64,000 nt of DNA, taken from positions 53,740 through 117,739 of the forward strand of contig JBMYNR010000002.1 in assembly GCA_049598495.1 (NCBI GenBank), read 5' to 3'. This stretch comes from Opitutales bacterium (GTDB lineage: Bacteria > Verrucomicrobiota > Verrucomicrobiia > Opitutales > Coraliomargaritaceae). Below, piece after piece: positions 33,573 to 44,323 of this stretch. The notes under the pieces are model-generated. The model was not told where the DNA came from. It searched no databases and saw nothing but the letters and a program-made list of their open reading frames with translations. Position numbers and translations under genes: made by a program. Positions within the stretch are counted from its first letter, which is position 1. Every line of letters starts with the position of its first letter.

Positions 33573-35507
33573 TTAAAGCTTCGTGCCGCATCTGGCCTCA
33601 AGATGAACCATCAAGATACTGATGTCGGCCGGGTTCACGCCACTGATCCGACTGGCCTGCCCGAGTGTTCGCGGCGCAATTTCGATCAATTTCTGGGCAC
33701 TCTCGCTCCGCAAACCTTTCACCGCAGTGAAGTCAAAGCCCTCCGGCAACTTGATCTTGTCAATATGCCGGAGCTTCTCGATCTGCTTCTGCTCTCGCTC
33801 GAGGTAGCCCTTGAAAACCACTCGGTAATAAACCTCTTCTCGCACCTCTTTGGATTCTGCCTGCAGCGCCTCCGGGAAATCGTCCTGCGAGTGCGAACGT
33901 CGCAGATGGAGGGCAAAGGTCTCCCCTTCCCTGCGCTCATTCTCGAGTTTTCCGGACCACTCATTGACAGTGGCCGACTTTTCCCTGATTCTCCCTAGTC
34001 GTTGCTCATCAACTAGTTGCAATTTTTCTACCGCCTCCAATAGACGTAACTCCGCACTGGGATGATTGAACAGCAAGCGGTGCTCCGCACGACTCGAGAA
34101 CATGCGGTAGGGCTCCTTCGTGCCCTTGGTCACCAAATCGTCGATCAGCACACCCAGGTAGGCCTCATGGCGGCCCAAAACCAACGGCTCCTCTCCTCGA
34201 ATCTTCTGAACCGCATTGACCCCGGCAATGAGCCCCTGCCCCGCCGCTTCCTCATAGCCGGAGGTGCCATTGATCTGGCCTGCAAAAAAGAGGTTCTCCA
34301 CCTTCTTGGATTCCAGAGAAGGATGCAGCTGCGTTGGAGGCGCGAAGTCATACTCCACCGCGTAGGCCGGCCGAAGCATGTGCACTCGCTCCAGACCCTC
34401 AATACTGCGCAGCATCTCGAGCTGCACCTCAAATGGTAGGCTCGTCGAGAGTCCATTAATATACCATTCATTCGTGTTCCGCCCCTCCGGCTCCAAGAAT
34501 AGCATATGCCGCTCCTTATCGGCGAAGCGCACAAACTTATCCTCAATGCTCGGGCAATAGCGTGGCCCCGCGCCCTCAATCTGTCCGGAATACATTGGCG
34601 AGGTGTGCAGGTTATCCATGACCACCTGCTGAGTCTGTGGCCCCGTATAGGTCATCCAGCAGGAAACCTGGTCCTTCCCCGGCAGCCAGCCCAGCTTGCG
34701 CTGACCAATATGTTCCACGTGGAACAATTCGTGAGCCGAATCCACGGCGCCCTCCCCTCGTTGTTCCACGTGGAACACATCCTCGATACCACGGGTATCG
34801 TAAAACGCGAATAAGGTCGGCTCCGGATCTCCTTTCTGCTCCTCCAACTGACTAAAGTCAATGCTGCTGCCCAGTATCCGCGCGGGCGTGCCTGTCTTAA
34901 GGCGCTCCAACTCGATGCCAGCCTCCAAAAACGATCCCGAAAGGCCTTTTGCAGAAAAATCCCCCATGCGACCTCCTTCGTTCTTGTTCTTGCCCACATG
35001 CATCAGACCTCGAAGAAAGGTGCCGGTAGTGACCACGACGGTTTTGGCGTAGAAGTCGACGTCCAGGTTGGTCCGCACGCCGACCACCTTGTCTCCGTCA
35101 AAAATCAGCCCTTGCACCATCGCTTGAAAGAGGTCCAGATTATCCTGCAACTCGATCACGTGCTTCATTCGGTATTGGTAGGCCTTTTTGTCGCACTGAG
35201 CCCGAGGCGCCTGCACCGCCGGCCCCTTAGACGCATTCAAAAGACGAAACTGTATCGCCGTCGTGTCCGTGTTGATCGCCATCTCGCCCCCAAGCGCATC
35301 AATCTCGCGCACCATATGGCCCTTGGCTTGGCCACCAATCGCCGGATTACAACTCATCTGGGCGATCGTATCGAGGTTTCCGGTCAGCATCAGCGTGTCA
35401 GCGCCGCGCCGGGAGGCGGCGAGGGCGGCCTCACAGCCAGCATGCCCCGCACCACAGACAATCACATCGTAAGGTTGATGCTGGCCAAATTTCAATCCAC
35501 CACTCAT
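33573..35507 (-). CDS. mnmG: tRNA uridine-5-carboxymethylaminomethyl modification enzyme MnmG (GidA)
   Basis: [46 protein letters not shown]. Confidence 0.98.
   Translation of the reverse strand: MSGGLKFGQHQPYDVIVCGAGHAGCEAALAASRRGADTLMLTGNLDTIAQMSCNPAIGGQAKGHMVREIDALGGEMAINTDTTAIQFRLLNASKGPAVQAPRAQCDKKAYQYRMKHVIELQDNLDLFQAMVQGLIFDGDKVVGVRTNLDVDFYAKTVVVTTGTFLRGLMHVGKNKNEGGRMGDFSAKGLSGSFLEAGIELERLKTGTPARILGSSIDFSQLEEQKGDPEPTLFAFYDTRGIEDVFHVEQRGEGAVDSAHELFHVEHIGQRKLGWLPGKDQVSCWMTYTGPQTQQVVMDNLHTSPMYSGQIEGAGPRYCPSIEDKFVRFADKERHMLFLEPEGRNTNEWYINGLSTSLPFEVQLEMLRSIEGLERVHMLRPAYAVEYDFAPPTQLHPSLESKKVENLFFAGQINGTSGYEEAAGQGLIAGVNAVQKIRGEEPLVLGRHEAYLGVLIDDLVTKGTKEPYRMFSSRAEHRLLFNHPSAELRLLEAVEKLQLVDEQRLGRIREKSATVNEWSGKLENERREGETFALHLRRSHSQDDFPEALQAESKEVREEVYYRVVFKGYLEREQKQIEKLRHIDKIKLPEGFDFTAVKGLRSESAQKLIEIAPRTLGQASRISGVNPADISILMVHLEARCGTKL
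34711..34726. promoter_or_regulatory. parS: parS site inside the mnmG CDS
   Basis: Perfect palindrome TGTTCCACGTGGAACA, matching the chromosomal parS consensus. Confidence 0.85.
34762..34777. promoter_or_regulatory. parS: parS site inside the mnmG CDS
   Basis: Second perfect TGTTCCACGTGGAACA starting 51 bp after the first. Confidence 0.85.
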
Positions 35508-36862
35508 TTTCCGATACAGAATTGCTTAAACAAGCGATCCAACATGCGCTCGTTGTCCACGCGCCCGACAACCTGACCAATGAACTCAACCGCATCGCGA
35601 AGATCGGCCACAACTAGCTCAGAGAGCTCTGAATCCTTTAGTTTCGACGACGCAAGCTCCAAAGCATCAACGGCTTCCTGAAGTGCCGCCGCGTGGCGCG
35701 CGTTCACCACGACACCATCCCCCTGAGGTTGCGAGAGGCTGGCATCAATGGAGGCCTCCCAAGTACGCCTGAGGTCGGCTATGCCTTCTCCCTCGACCAG
35801 CGAGGTCCGCACATGTCTCAAATGTGGGAGAAAATCGCCGTGCGATAGCGCCCCAGGCAGATCTGTCTTGTTTTCAATCACGATAGTATTCCTCGCATGC
35901 ATACGCTCTAGGAGAACATCCGGAAGGGCAGGGGAGACCGCCGTCGCATCGAGCACGAAAAGAAAAAAGTCCGCCGTCTCTGCCTGCTCGATTGTATGAT
36001 CGATCCCAATCTTCTCGATCGCATCACCTGCCTCATGCAAACCCGCGGTATCCAGAATTTCGATACGCCATGGCCCAACCATCATAAAGGCTGATATGTA
36101 ATCCCTCGTTGTGCCCGGAATCTCACTAACAATCGACCTTTCAGCCCCGGTCAGCACATTAATTAAGCTACTCTTTCCCACGTTTGGTTCGCCCACGATT
36201 AGCGTCTTAATTCCTTCATGGAGTAGGGCAGAGTAGCGCTGCGTTTCGATCAGATCCTTGATTTCCTCGGTTAGTTTCCGCAGGTCGGCGGCAGGGCCCG
36301 CCTGATCCTCCCCAGGCAGGTCCTCTTCAGGGAAATCGATATAGGCTTCCAGATGCGCCATGACTGAAAGGAGGCGCTCTGTCAGCTCACTCATTTTCCG
36401 CCCCACCGATCCATGGAGCTGTCGCTGTGCGACCTCGAGACTTTTGTCCGAACGCGCCCGGATCAAATCCGAAACCGCCTCCGCCTGGCTCAAGTCCATG
36501 CGGCCGTTGAGAAATGCGGTGCGGGTGAACTCTCCAGGCTCTGCAGGCCGACAACCGCGCGCGAATAGGTCTGCCAGAACCTTCTGAATAATTAAGGGGT
36601 TCCCATGGGGGGCAATTTCCAACATCGAATCGCCCGTAAATGACTTTCCTTCAGCAAAATACGTAATCACACACGCATCGATCGGCTCGCCCTCCAGGCT
36701 CAGATAATGACTGAAATAAGCATAGCGGGGCCGAAGGGCTTTTTTCCGGCCCGTGATCGCCATGGCAAGCTCGAGACACGCGGGACCGCTCAAGCGAATC
36801 AGGGCAACCGCTGATTCGCCTGCGGGCGTTGAGAGGGCGACTATGGTGTCGGCAATTGGCAT
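35504..36862 (-). CDS. mnmE: tRNA modification GTPase MnmE (TrmE)
   Basis: [28 protein letters not shown], terminal FCIGK. Confidence 0.98.
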   Translation of the reverse strand: MPIADTIVALSTPAGESAVALIRLSGPACLELAMAITGRKKALRPRYAYFSHYLSLEGEPIDACVITYFAEGKSFTGDSMLEIAPHGNPLIIQKVLADLFARGCRPAEPGEFTRTAFLNGRMDLSQAEAVSDLIRARSDKSLEVAQRQLHGSVGRKMSELTERLLSVMAHLEAYIDFPEEDLPGEDQAGPAADLRKLTEEIKDLIETQRYSALLHEGIKTLIVGEPNVGKSSLINVLTGAERSIVSEIPGTTRDYISAFMMVGPWRIEILDTAGLHEAGDAIEKIGIDHTIEQAETADFFLFVLDATAVSPALPDVLLERMHARNTIVIENKTDLPGALSHGDFLPHLRHVRTSLVEGEGIADLRRTWEASIDASLSQPQGDGVVVNARHAAALQEAVDALELASSKLKDSELSELVVADLRDAVEFIGQVVGRVDNERMLDRLFKQFCIGK

Positions 36863-36970
36863 GGAAGATGCGCTAAGTTCACTGAATACGGCCTTGCGTC
36901 AAGTGAGTACGTCGGACCTTTAGGTGCTCGTGCAATTTGCATCTAGGGCTGGCCTAGGGCGTCTCAGTAT

Positions 36971-37807
36971 CTAGAGTTGATCCAGAACACTCTTCCGAAA
37001 ACGATCGATCTTCGCCCCAACAAAGACATCCATCGCCGGACCGTCCTCCTCAATGAGGGGCGTCAAATCCATCGCAAACCATAATTGATCCACCGCGTCG
37101 ACAGCGTGCGAATCATGGAAGGTCGCATTCGCATGTCGGCGTCCAATAACCGCCTTTCCGTAATCCTTGCCTCCTAGAATCTGCGATTCGAAGCAACCGT
37201 TCAGTCTCCGCGCCAAATCAGGGTGCCCACTGACATCAAGTGCAATCTTATCCTCCGCCTCGAGCCAATCGAGATCTCGCCAGACTTCACAACCGTAGAC
37301 CTTCCTTGGACGAGAGTAGGGCGGAATCCGCCTTATTGCTTCCACAACCGATTGAAAAACAGCTCGATGCGTTGCATGTCGGTCAGCCGGGTTGTGCGTG
37401 TAAACCACCTCCGGCTGCGCCCGTAGCAGATATTTTTCGAGCGCGTCCACCAGTTCACCGCGCGCATTCGGATTTTTAACAGTCGCACTGGCAAATCCAA
37501 GCTGGGCCATGAAGCTGTATTGCCCTAACTCGGCCGCTCGCCGCTGCTCCTCCGCTCGAATGGCCATCATTTCAGCGTCTGTCTTGTCCGCAAAGACGCC
37601 CGTGCGTGCGCTGCCGCTCCCGTCCGTGCAGGTGATCCCGCCAAACCAGGCCAAGTCTTGTTCGTAGCAAGTACTGATTCCATGAAAGGCCATGAACTCA
37701 AGGTCGTCCTGATGCGCGCCGATCCCTAGATGAGAAGTGCGCGCCAGCGCCTCCGCCGCAGCAACAGCATCGGGGATGAACATATCGGGCTCTACAGACA
37801 TGCGCAT
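36971..37807 (-). CDS. PIG-L/LmbE family deacetylase
   Basis: AHQDDLE, TDG, R..EQ..AA, THNPADRHATH; start uncertain. Confidence 0.85.
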   Translation of the reverse strand: MRMSVEPDMFIPDAVAAAEALARTSHLGIGAHQDDLEFMAFHGISTCYEQDLAWFGGITCTDGSGSARTGVFADKTDAEMMAIRAEEQRRAAELGQYSFMAQLGFASATVKNPNARGELVDALEKYLLRAQPEVVYTHNPADRHATHRAVFQSVVEAIRRIPPYSRPRKVYGCEVWRDLDWLEAEDKIALDVSGHPDLARRLNGCFESQILGGKDYGKAVIGRRHANATFHDSHAVDAVDQLWFAMDLTPLIEEDGPAMDVFVGAKIDRFRKSVLDQL

Positions 37808-37892
37808 GTTCTGCGACAACTAAACCGATGGGGCAATTAAAAGGTTCATTTTTAAGTCGAGGGGAGGGATCTTTTCTTTTTAGCAGCCAGCC

Positions 37893-37947
37893 GCCGTATC
37901 TTTATACCGCTGATCACCGCTGATGACCTCTAACCCGGACTCGGATG
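37893..37947 (+). repeat. Dispersed repeat with ~10-nt tandem units (copy 1)
   Basis: ATACCGCTGATCACCGCTGATGACCTCTAA; close copy at 54835-54889. Confidence 0.75.
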
Positions 37948-38239
37948 TGCTTCATGTGGATGGAATCCTCAATGCTTCGGCCTGCGGAGCATCCGGTCTT
38001 GTCGCTATGCCCGGATGAGGATTCTCATGCGCGGTTAAAACAGAACCACTCTGGTCCTTCCCCGGGAATCGACGATGAATCAAAAAAGCGTATCGAAGAC
38101 CTCAAACGTAGGGCCGTCGCTTGCGACGCTCGCCACAAACCCTGGCAACACCTGTTTCGGGCGCCGCGAGCGATCGCTCCATGCAATTACCAAGAAACTT
38201 CGCTTTGACTTTAGCTGGGGGCAGACAGAGCATTCAGTG

Positions 38240-41086
38240 ATGTCAAAATTCACCATTGGCCAGCGCTGGATCAGTGAAACAGAGCCTGAACTCGGCCTGG
38301 GCATCCTCGAGTCGGTGGAGCGCCATCAGGTGCGCCTCTTATTTCCAGCCTCAAATGAAGCCCGGCTTTACGCCGCGGCCAACGCTCCGATCAAACGTGT
38401 CGAATTTCGCGCCGGCGACCGCATCCATTCACAGCGAGGAGAAACGGTCATGATCGAGGACGTCCGGATGGAGGAGGGGATCATCACCTACATCGGGGGC
38501 GGCGTTGAGGTCAAGGAGATGGATCTCGCCGATACAATCAGCTTCAGCAAGCCCGAGGACCGACTCATCGGAGGCCAGATAGACCCCTCCGCCTCGTTCC
38601 ATTTGCGCTACGAGGCAATTGCGCGTCTCGCAGAGGCCAAGCAGTCTGATGTCGCGGGCTTTGTCGGCGGCCGGATCGATCTGATCCCCCACCAACTTTA
38701 CATCGCCTCCGAAGTCTCCAACCGCTATATGCCTCGAGTGCTTTTAGCAGACGAAGTAGGGCTCGGGAAGACCATTGAAGCCTGCCTCATCCTGCACCGG
38801 CTTCATCTTACAGGGCGGGCTCAGCGCATCCTTATTCTTCTGCCCGAATCCCTTGTTCATCAATGGTTTATAGAGTTGCTTCGGCGCTTCAATCTCTGGT
38901 TTACCCTCGTCGATGCGGAACACTGCGAATCCGTGACTGCGGTCGACAGCACGGCCAATCCCTTTAATGAAGCGCAGCTGGTCATCTGCAGCACCCAGAC
39001 GCTCCTCGACTGCGACCGCTGGGCCGAGTGCGCACTGGATACGAAGTGGGATATGCTGGTGGTCGACGAGGCTCACCACCTTGAGTGGACACCCGAGCAA
39101 GCGAGCCCGGAGTATCAACTCGTAGAAGCACTTACGCAGAAAAGTCATGGCTTGCTTCTACTCACCGCCACACCCGAGCAACTTGGGGCCGAGGGGCACT
39201 TTGCCCGCCTGCGCCTGCTCGACCCGGAACGCTATCCCGAACTGGACAAATTCCAGAAGGAGCAGGCTGGATACTCCAAGGTCGCGGAGGTTGCCAACAA
39301 ATTGGCGGACCAGGAAGCGCTCACAGAGGACGAACTCCATTACCTTCGAGACATCTTCGAGGAATTCAGCGACGAAGCGTTTAAGGACCACCTCAAAAAT
39401 CGTCGCGCACTCTTGGACGAGCTCGTCGACCGCCACGGCACCGGACGCGTTATTTTCAGGAACTCGCGGGATTCTTTAACCGGGTTTCCCAAGCGGAAGG
39501 GATTACCAAACAAACTCGAGCCGCGCGCAAAACTCTCACAGGCAGACCTCGAAGCCCGCCTACTAGGGGAATTCGAACTGGAAACGAGTCGGTCCGACAG
39601 TGCAGAGGCGTACGACTTTCGCCACGGCCCACGTATCCTCTGGCTGGCCGAATTACTCCAAAGCCTCGATGAGAACGAAAAGGTACTCCTCATTTGTCGC
39701 ACGCGCGAAAAGGTCCAGGCCATCTACGATGCGCTCCTTGAAGAACTGAATGTTAAGGCCGCGCTTTTTCACGAAGCGTTGACCCTGCTGCAACGCGACC
39801 GCAATGCTGCGTGGTTTGCCGAGCCAGAAGGTGCGAAGATTCTTCTCTGCTCTGAAATCGGGAGCGAAGGGCGTAACTTCCAGTTTGCTCACCATCTCGT
39901 TCTCTTCGATTTGCCACTTAATCCCGAGCTACTTGAGCAGCGAATCGGTCGCCTCGACCGGATCGGCCAGACCCAAACCATTCAAATTCATCTTCCATAC
40001 CTCGAACACAGCTGGACGGAACTGCTGATGCGCTGGCACCACAAGGGCCTTGACGGAGTTGAGCATTCCCTCAAGGGGGGCTACGCCTACCTGAACCAGT
40101 TCAACGACTGGATTCGCCGGCTGGGGCCGCAATACCATCTGGCGACCCCGGAGGTATTGAAGGATGCCGACCATTTGATCGATGAGAGCAAGGGATTCCG
40201 CGAGGAACTGGAGGGCCGACTGAGCCAGGGCCAGGACCGACTCATCGCATTGAATTCCTTCCGGGAGGAAGCCTCTTCGGATTTGGTCGCTCATATCCGA
40301 ACCCTCGATGCCGACCGTACGCTTGACGGTTTCATGAACCGGATCTTCGACCACTTCGGCGTCACCGTGGAGGATATCGACGCGCGCACCTTTCACCTGC
40401 AGCCCGGCCAGCTCTTTACCGATTCCTTTCCCTGTCTCCCCGAAGAGGGCACCACGGTTACCTGTGATCGAACCCGTGCTCTCGGGCGCGAGGATATTGG
40501 CTTCCTTTCTTGGGACCACCCCATGGTTCGCGGTGCGATCGATCTCATCCTTAGTTCCGAAAAGGGAAATAGTTCGATCGTTGTCTGGCGTGACTCGAGC
40601 ATTGAAGCGCCGTCTATTCTCGTCGAGGCAATCTATGTCCTTGAGAGCGTGGCTCCTCCGAAGCTGCACGTAGATCGATTCCTTCCGCCGACACCGGTTC
40701 GGGTCCTCGTTGACCTGAGCGGCAACGATCAAAGCGACACATTTGGCCACGACTTTATCAACAAATACTGTGGCGACGAAGAGACCTTCCGCTTGAAACA
40801 GGATCCACAACTGCTGCAGGCACTCGTTCCCGAAATGCTGCGTGCCGCCAAAGAGCATGCACATGCCAAGAAATCAGACCTCCTCCAGGACGCGATTCAA
40901 GACGCTCATGGTCGGCTCGACGGTGAAGCCAGCCGCTTGAAAGAACTTCAGAAGATTAATCCCAATGTCCGCGAAGAGGAAATTAAAATAGCGGAGAGTG
41001 TCATCGCGGATGTCACCCGCCATATCGCGAAGGCGCACCTGCGCCTCGATGCCGTCCGCCTTATTCTCGGCGAGCCGGGGCGTTAG
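38240..41086 (+). CDS. rapA: RNA polymerase-associated SNF2 ATPase RapA
   Basis: GQRWISETEPELGLG, LADEVGLGKT, DEAHH, EQRIGRLDRIGQ; start MSKF at 38240. Confidence 0.95.
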   Translation: MSKFTIGQRWISETEPELGLGILESVERHQVRLLFPASNEARLYAAANAPIKRVEFRAGDRIHSQRGETVMIEDVRMEEGIITYIGGGVEVKEMDLADTISFSKPEDRLIGGQIDPSASFHLRYEAIARLAEAKQSDVAGFVGGRIDLIPHQLYIASEVSNRYMPRVLLADEVGLGKTIEACLILHRLHLTGRAQRILILLPESLVHQWFIELLRRFNLWFTLVDAEHCESVTAVDSTANPFNEAQLVICSTQTLLDCDRWAECALDTKWDMLVVDEAHHLEWTPEQASPEYQLVEALTQKSHGLLLLTATPEQLGAEGHFARLRLLDPERYPELDKFQKEQAGYSKVAEVANKLADQEALTEDELHYLRDIFEEFSDEAFKDHLKNRRALLDELVDRHGTGRVIFRNSRDSLTGFPKRKGLPNKLEPRAKLSQADLEARLLGEFELETSRSDSAEAYDFRHGPRILWLAELLQSLDENEKVLLICRTREKVQAIYDALLEELNVKAALFHEALTLLQRDRNAAWFAEPEGAKILLCSEIGSEGRNFQFAHHLVLFDLPLNPELLEQRIGRLDRIGQTQTIQIHLPYLEHSWTELLMRWHHKGLDGVEHSLKGGYAYLNQFNDWIRRLGPQYHLATPEVLKDADHLIDESKGFREELEGRLSQGQDRLIALNSFREEASSDLVAHIRTLDADRTLDGFMNRIFDHFGVTVEDIDARTFHLQPGQLFTDSFPCLPEEGTTVTCDRTRALGREDIGFLSWDHPMVRGAIDLILSSEKGNSSIVVWRDSSIEAPSILVEAIYVLESVAPPKLHVDRFLPPTPVRVLVDLSGNDQSDTFGHDFINKYCGDEETFRLKQDPQLLQALVPEMLRAAKEHAHAKKSDLLQDAIQDAHGRLDGEASRLKELQKINPNVREEEIKIAESVIADVTRHIAKAHLRLDAVRLILGEPGR

Positions 41087-41375
41087 GGCGCGCTAAATCT
41101 AAGCCCAACTCAGCTTCCCGCCTGAAGCGCAGCTTTGAGCAATTCCGCGATAGCCTGACCTTCATCCGCCAGCCGCTCATGGTAGTCCTGCTGCTTCCTC
41201 GACCAGGAGAGGCACAGTTCATGATCCAACGTCTCGACGCATTCGACTTTGAGGCACTGGCAGCCTTTCAACGCGACACCGTAGGCGACGCCGTCGCCCT
41301 AATGTCTGAAGAAGAACGAGCAAGATAAGAAGACTGGCCGCCGTTTTGATTTCTGCTGCTTAAGCTTGCATTTGA

Positions 41376-41400
41376 TTCGTTTGTTTCGTTTATTTCGTTT
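41376..41400 (+). promoter_or_regulatory. Probable operator: TTCGTTT x3 at 9-bp period
   Basis: Lies directly upstream of the HTH gene start. Confidence 0.5.
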
Positions 41401-41403
41401 GCT

Positions 41404-41859
41404 ATGAACCATGCAGTAACAGACAAAACCTCCACGATATCGCCCCATGATCGCGAATTGCTGGCTAAGCTGAACGATGTGATCAATGGCGACGAACGCC
41501 CCGTTCTACTCGGGCGCGAGGGATCGCATATCCAGTTCCCCGAGCCCCTGTTCCGCCATCTCACGCAGATCGTTCGTGCCATGCTGAAGGGGCAATCCGT
41601 GTCAATTGTGTCAGAGAACGAAGTTCTCACCACGCAAGCTGCGGCCAACTACCTCGGCGTGTCGCGTCCTTATCTCGTCAAGCTATTGGAAGCTGAAGAG
41701 ATCCCCTTCCGCTATGTAGGGAGCCATCGCCGCGTCTGCATGAGTGACCTGCGGACCTACGAAAAGCTACGAGATGGCAAGCGTCGCAAAACGCTGGATG
41801 CACTGACCAAGAAGGTCCAAGAGGCGGGCTACTACGACTCCGATTACGCAGGCGATTAA
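41404..41859 (+). CDS. Excisionase-type HTH protein, probable antitoxin
   Basis: LTTQAAANYLGVSRPYLVKLLE...VGSHRRV; followed by a PIN gene. Confidence 0.85.
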   Translation: MNHAVTDKTSTISPHDRELLAKLNDVINGDERPVLLGREGSHIQFPEPLFRHLTQIVRAMLKGQSVSIVSENEVLTTQAAANYLGVSRPYLVKLLEAEEIPFRYVGSHRRVCMSDLRTYEKLRDGKRRKTLDALTKKVQEAGYYDSDYAGD

Positions 41860-41862
41860 AGT

Positions 41863-42438
41863 ATGTCACTTCGAGCCGATTTCCGCGTCTGTCTGGACGC
41901 CAACGTTCTCGCCAACCAAGCGGTTTGCGACTTGCTGCTCCGGCTGGCGGAATATCCTCGGCTCTATTAGCCCGTGTTATCCGCTGACATCATGCGCGAG
42001 GTTTACACCGTTCACACTGAGCGCTTGAAACGACCTTGGCCAGCGGAACTTGCCGAGCACTGGCAAAACGAAGTGATGCGAACCTTCCCTGAAGCAATCA
42101 TTACGGACTACGAAGCACTGATCCCTGCGCTGGAAATGCCGGATAAAGATGACCGGCACGTCTTGGCAGCAACCATCAAAGGCCACGCGCAACACATCTG
42201 CACATTCAATATTAAAGACTACCCGGCTTCAGCACTGGAGACGTGGAACATCGAAGCAGTTCACCCGCAGGCCTACTTGGCAACGCTCTACGAACTCAGC
42301 CCTCAACTTGTGACAAACCGCATTCACGAAATCGCAGAAAGCCGAGAAGTAAGTCCTCAACAGGCACTCACAGACCTAGGCCGCACACTGCCACGGTTCG
42401 CTGAATCAGTGGCTGAGGAAATGGGCTGGGATCTCTAG
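41863..42438 (+). pseudogene. PIN-domain toxin interrupted by in-frame TAG (41968-41970)
   Basis: MSLRADFRVCLDANVL...RLY*PVLS...PDKDDRHVLAATI...TFNIKDYP in one frame. Confidence 0.85.
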
Positions 42439-42483
42439 GCGATGCCTAAAGATTAGGCAGTGCCCTCACGCAGATGTTCCCCG

Positions 42484-42942
42484 TCACATCGCGAAGGACA
42501 GGAGGCTCCCCAGCAACCCGGCAACCCCGCCGAAAATAATGTGCCCCACCAGATGGAGCAGGCCCTCCTCAAGGGTCGCCTTACGGTATTCCTCGATCGG
42601 ATGCCGTTCGCTCGCATAAAACATGAGCCCATAGCTCATGAGCAGCCCGTGAAAAAAGCCGAATCCGATGCCAAGAAAGATCGCGTAAGGAAACACGAGC
42701 GCACCCATCATCTGCATGATCGCGAAGTAAATCATCCCGAAAACCAGCCCCGAGACGCTGTGGATCAAGCGGCCGAGCGCACCGGAACCCACCGCCTTCC
42801 CGGTAAAGTAGCTTCCCAACGCACGCGCCATGTCGACCCGTTTACTGAAAGCCGTGCTCACCGCACTCATGAAAGAAGTCATTGCGAAGGCGCCAACCAA
42901 ACCACAGATCGCACCAAGGAATAGGGTAGGGAGAAGTTCCAT
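42484..42942 (-). CDS. Hypothetical membrane protein (about 4 TM)
   Basis: Hydrophobic helices with His residues (IHSVSG, FFHG, GHIIFG). Confidence 0.75.
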   Translation of the reverse strand: MELLPTLFLGAICGLVGAFAMTSFMSAVSTAFSKRVDMARALGSYFTGKAVGSGALGRLIHSVSGLVFGMIYFAIMQMMGALVFPYAIFLGIGFGFFHGLLMSYGLMFYASERHPIEEYRKATLEEGLLHLVGHIIFGGVAGLLGSLLSFAM

Positions 42943-43062
42943 AAGCTAAGCTTAACAATACAAGCAGCACCCCTAATGTCAAAGCCGTAAACACCTACGG
43001 CTCATTGGGGCCTGCGGTGCTGTGGCGACAATGGGGCCGCATCGCCCTCCGGGAACCGCAGG

Positions 43063-44079
43063 CTAAAATAGCTCTTTCTGAGACTCGGGATCGCCAACCT
43101 CGGACTCCTCGTCTTCATCGTGCAAGTGGCGCGGCGCGCGGCTTACCTTTTTCGATAAATTCGCCTCACACTCGCTCACGATCCTATCGCAGATCCCTCG
43201 CACATGCATCCGCAGCCACTTTGAGGTGGTGCTCTTCTCAGTGTAATCAGCGGGGCCATAGGCGTGAATGCGTCCCGCATGAAGTAGGGCGTCATTTTGT
43301 CTGAACTCCGCCTCGATCTCCGGGTTAAAGACCGCATACGCCTTCCCGCCATGGCTCTTCACCACAGAAAATACCGGCACATCGCTGGGGCCATCCGCCG
43401 TGTAAATCATCCGGTCGATCGGAATGCGGCGGTCGACGCGATCCATCGATGCATTCACATCAATCTGCGGGTTCTTATTACTGCCCTTGTTGATCTCGAA
43501 GATATAGCGGGTTTTAATTGTATTATCCACAATTGTGCCGATCTGACTGATCTCAAACTCCATATGAAGCGGTAACTCATTTTGGCTCGAATAATGAGGT
43601 GGTAGGGGCGCTTCAATGAACTCACAGCCGAAAATACCGTCCACATGGGCGGCGATCCGGCTGCCTCGAATCATCTCCGCGAGCCCCGTGCTGATAATGT
43701 AGTGCTCCAGCTTGATAGTATGCTTCGCATACTCCGGGCGCGACTCCACAACCGCCTTCAGTTGCTCAAATAAGTCCGGTAAGCCCGGGTAGAAAACCAG
43801 CTCTTTGCCCAACTCACGCAGCCGCGCATTGGTAAGGCCCTTGAGGCAGCCGTTCTTCACGAAGCTGATAAGATGGTTCAGGTAAACCGTATCGTGAGAA
43901 ACCCGTGTGCCGCGCTTTGCATAGATCTCCGGCAATGCGTTGACCTCTTTCCAGAACTGCTCCTCGTCGATCCCGAAGGTCTCGAAAATCGGGGCCTGCA
44001 TATAACCTGGGATCAATGTCTTGTCGAAGTCCCAGATGCAGGCGACAATATTTTGGCGATGGAGGTTCTTTTTCGTCAT
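43063..44079 (-). CDS. HAD-like hydrolase
   Basis: [15 protein letters not shown]; start MTKK at 44079. Confidence 0.85.
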   Translation of the reverse strand: MTKKNLHRQNIVACIWDFDKTLIPGYMQAPIFETFGIDEEQFWKEVNALPEIYAKRGTRVSHDTVYLNHLISFVKNGCLKGLTNARLRELGKELVFYPGLPDLFEQLKAVVESRPEYAKHTIKLEHYIISTGLAEMIRGSRIAAHVDGIFGCEFIEAPLPPHYSSQNELPLHMEFEISQIGTIVDNTIKTRYIFEINKGSNKNPQIDVNASMDRVDRRIPIDRMIYTADGPSDVPVFSVVKSHGGKAYAVFNPEIEAEFRQNDALLHAGRIHAYGPADYTEKSTTSKWLRMHVRGICDRIVSECEANLSKKVSRAPRHLHDEDEESEVGDPESQKELF

Positions 44080-44142
44080 TACAGGTAGCACTCGACTGTT
44101 GCCAGCTAGCCGGCTTACTGCAACGAATTTTCAGTGATCTGC

Positions 44143-44313
44143 ACCACAAAGGGCACAAAGCTCTTGGCCCTACCCAAGAAGCCCAACTCTTAAACTATCT
44201 TAAACGAACCGGCATTCGTGCTGGACTACTGATCAATTTCAACAAGAAGACACCAACAGAAGGCATCAGACGTCTCGTCCTTTGACTTCGTCTTCCTTTG
44301 TGCCCTTTGTGAT
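44143..44313 (+). pseudogene. Truncated GxxExxY cassette with inverted ends
   Basis: ACCACAAAGGGCACAAAG...CTTTGTGCCCTTTGTGAT (17/18) enclosing [21 protein letters not shown]...GIRRLVL*. Confidence 0.8.
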
Positions 44314-44323
44314 TCATCCAAAA

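Noticed and set aside
41404..41859. Prophage excisionase
   Set aside because: No integrase, att site or phage genes nearby; the PIN neighbour indicates a toxin-antitoxin pair.
41968..41970. Amber recoding or alternative genetic code
   Set aside because: TAG ends many genes in this window (glnD, aroA, purM, gnd) and RF1 is intact.
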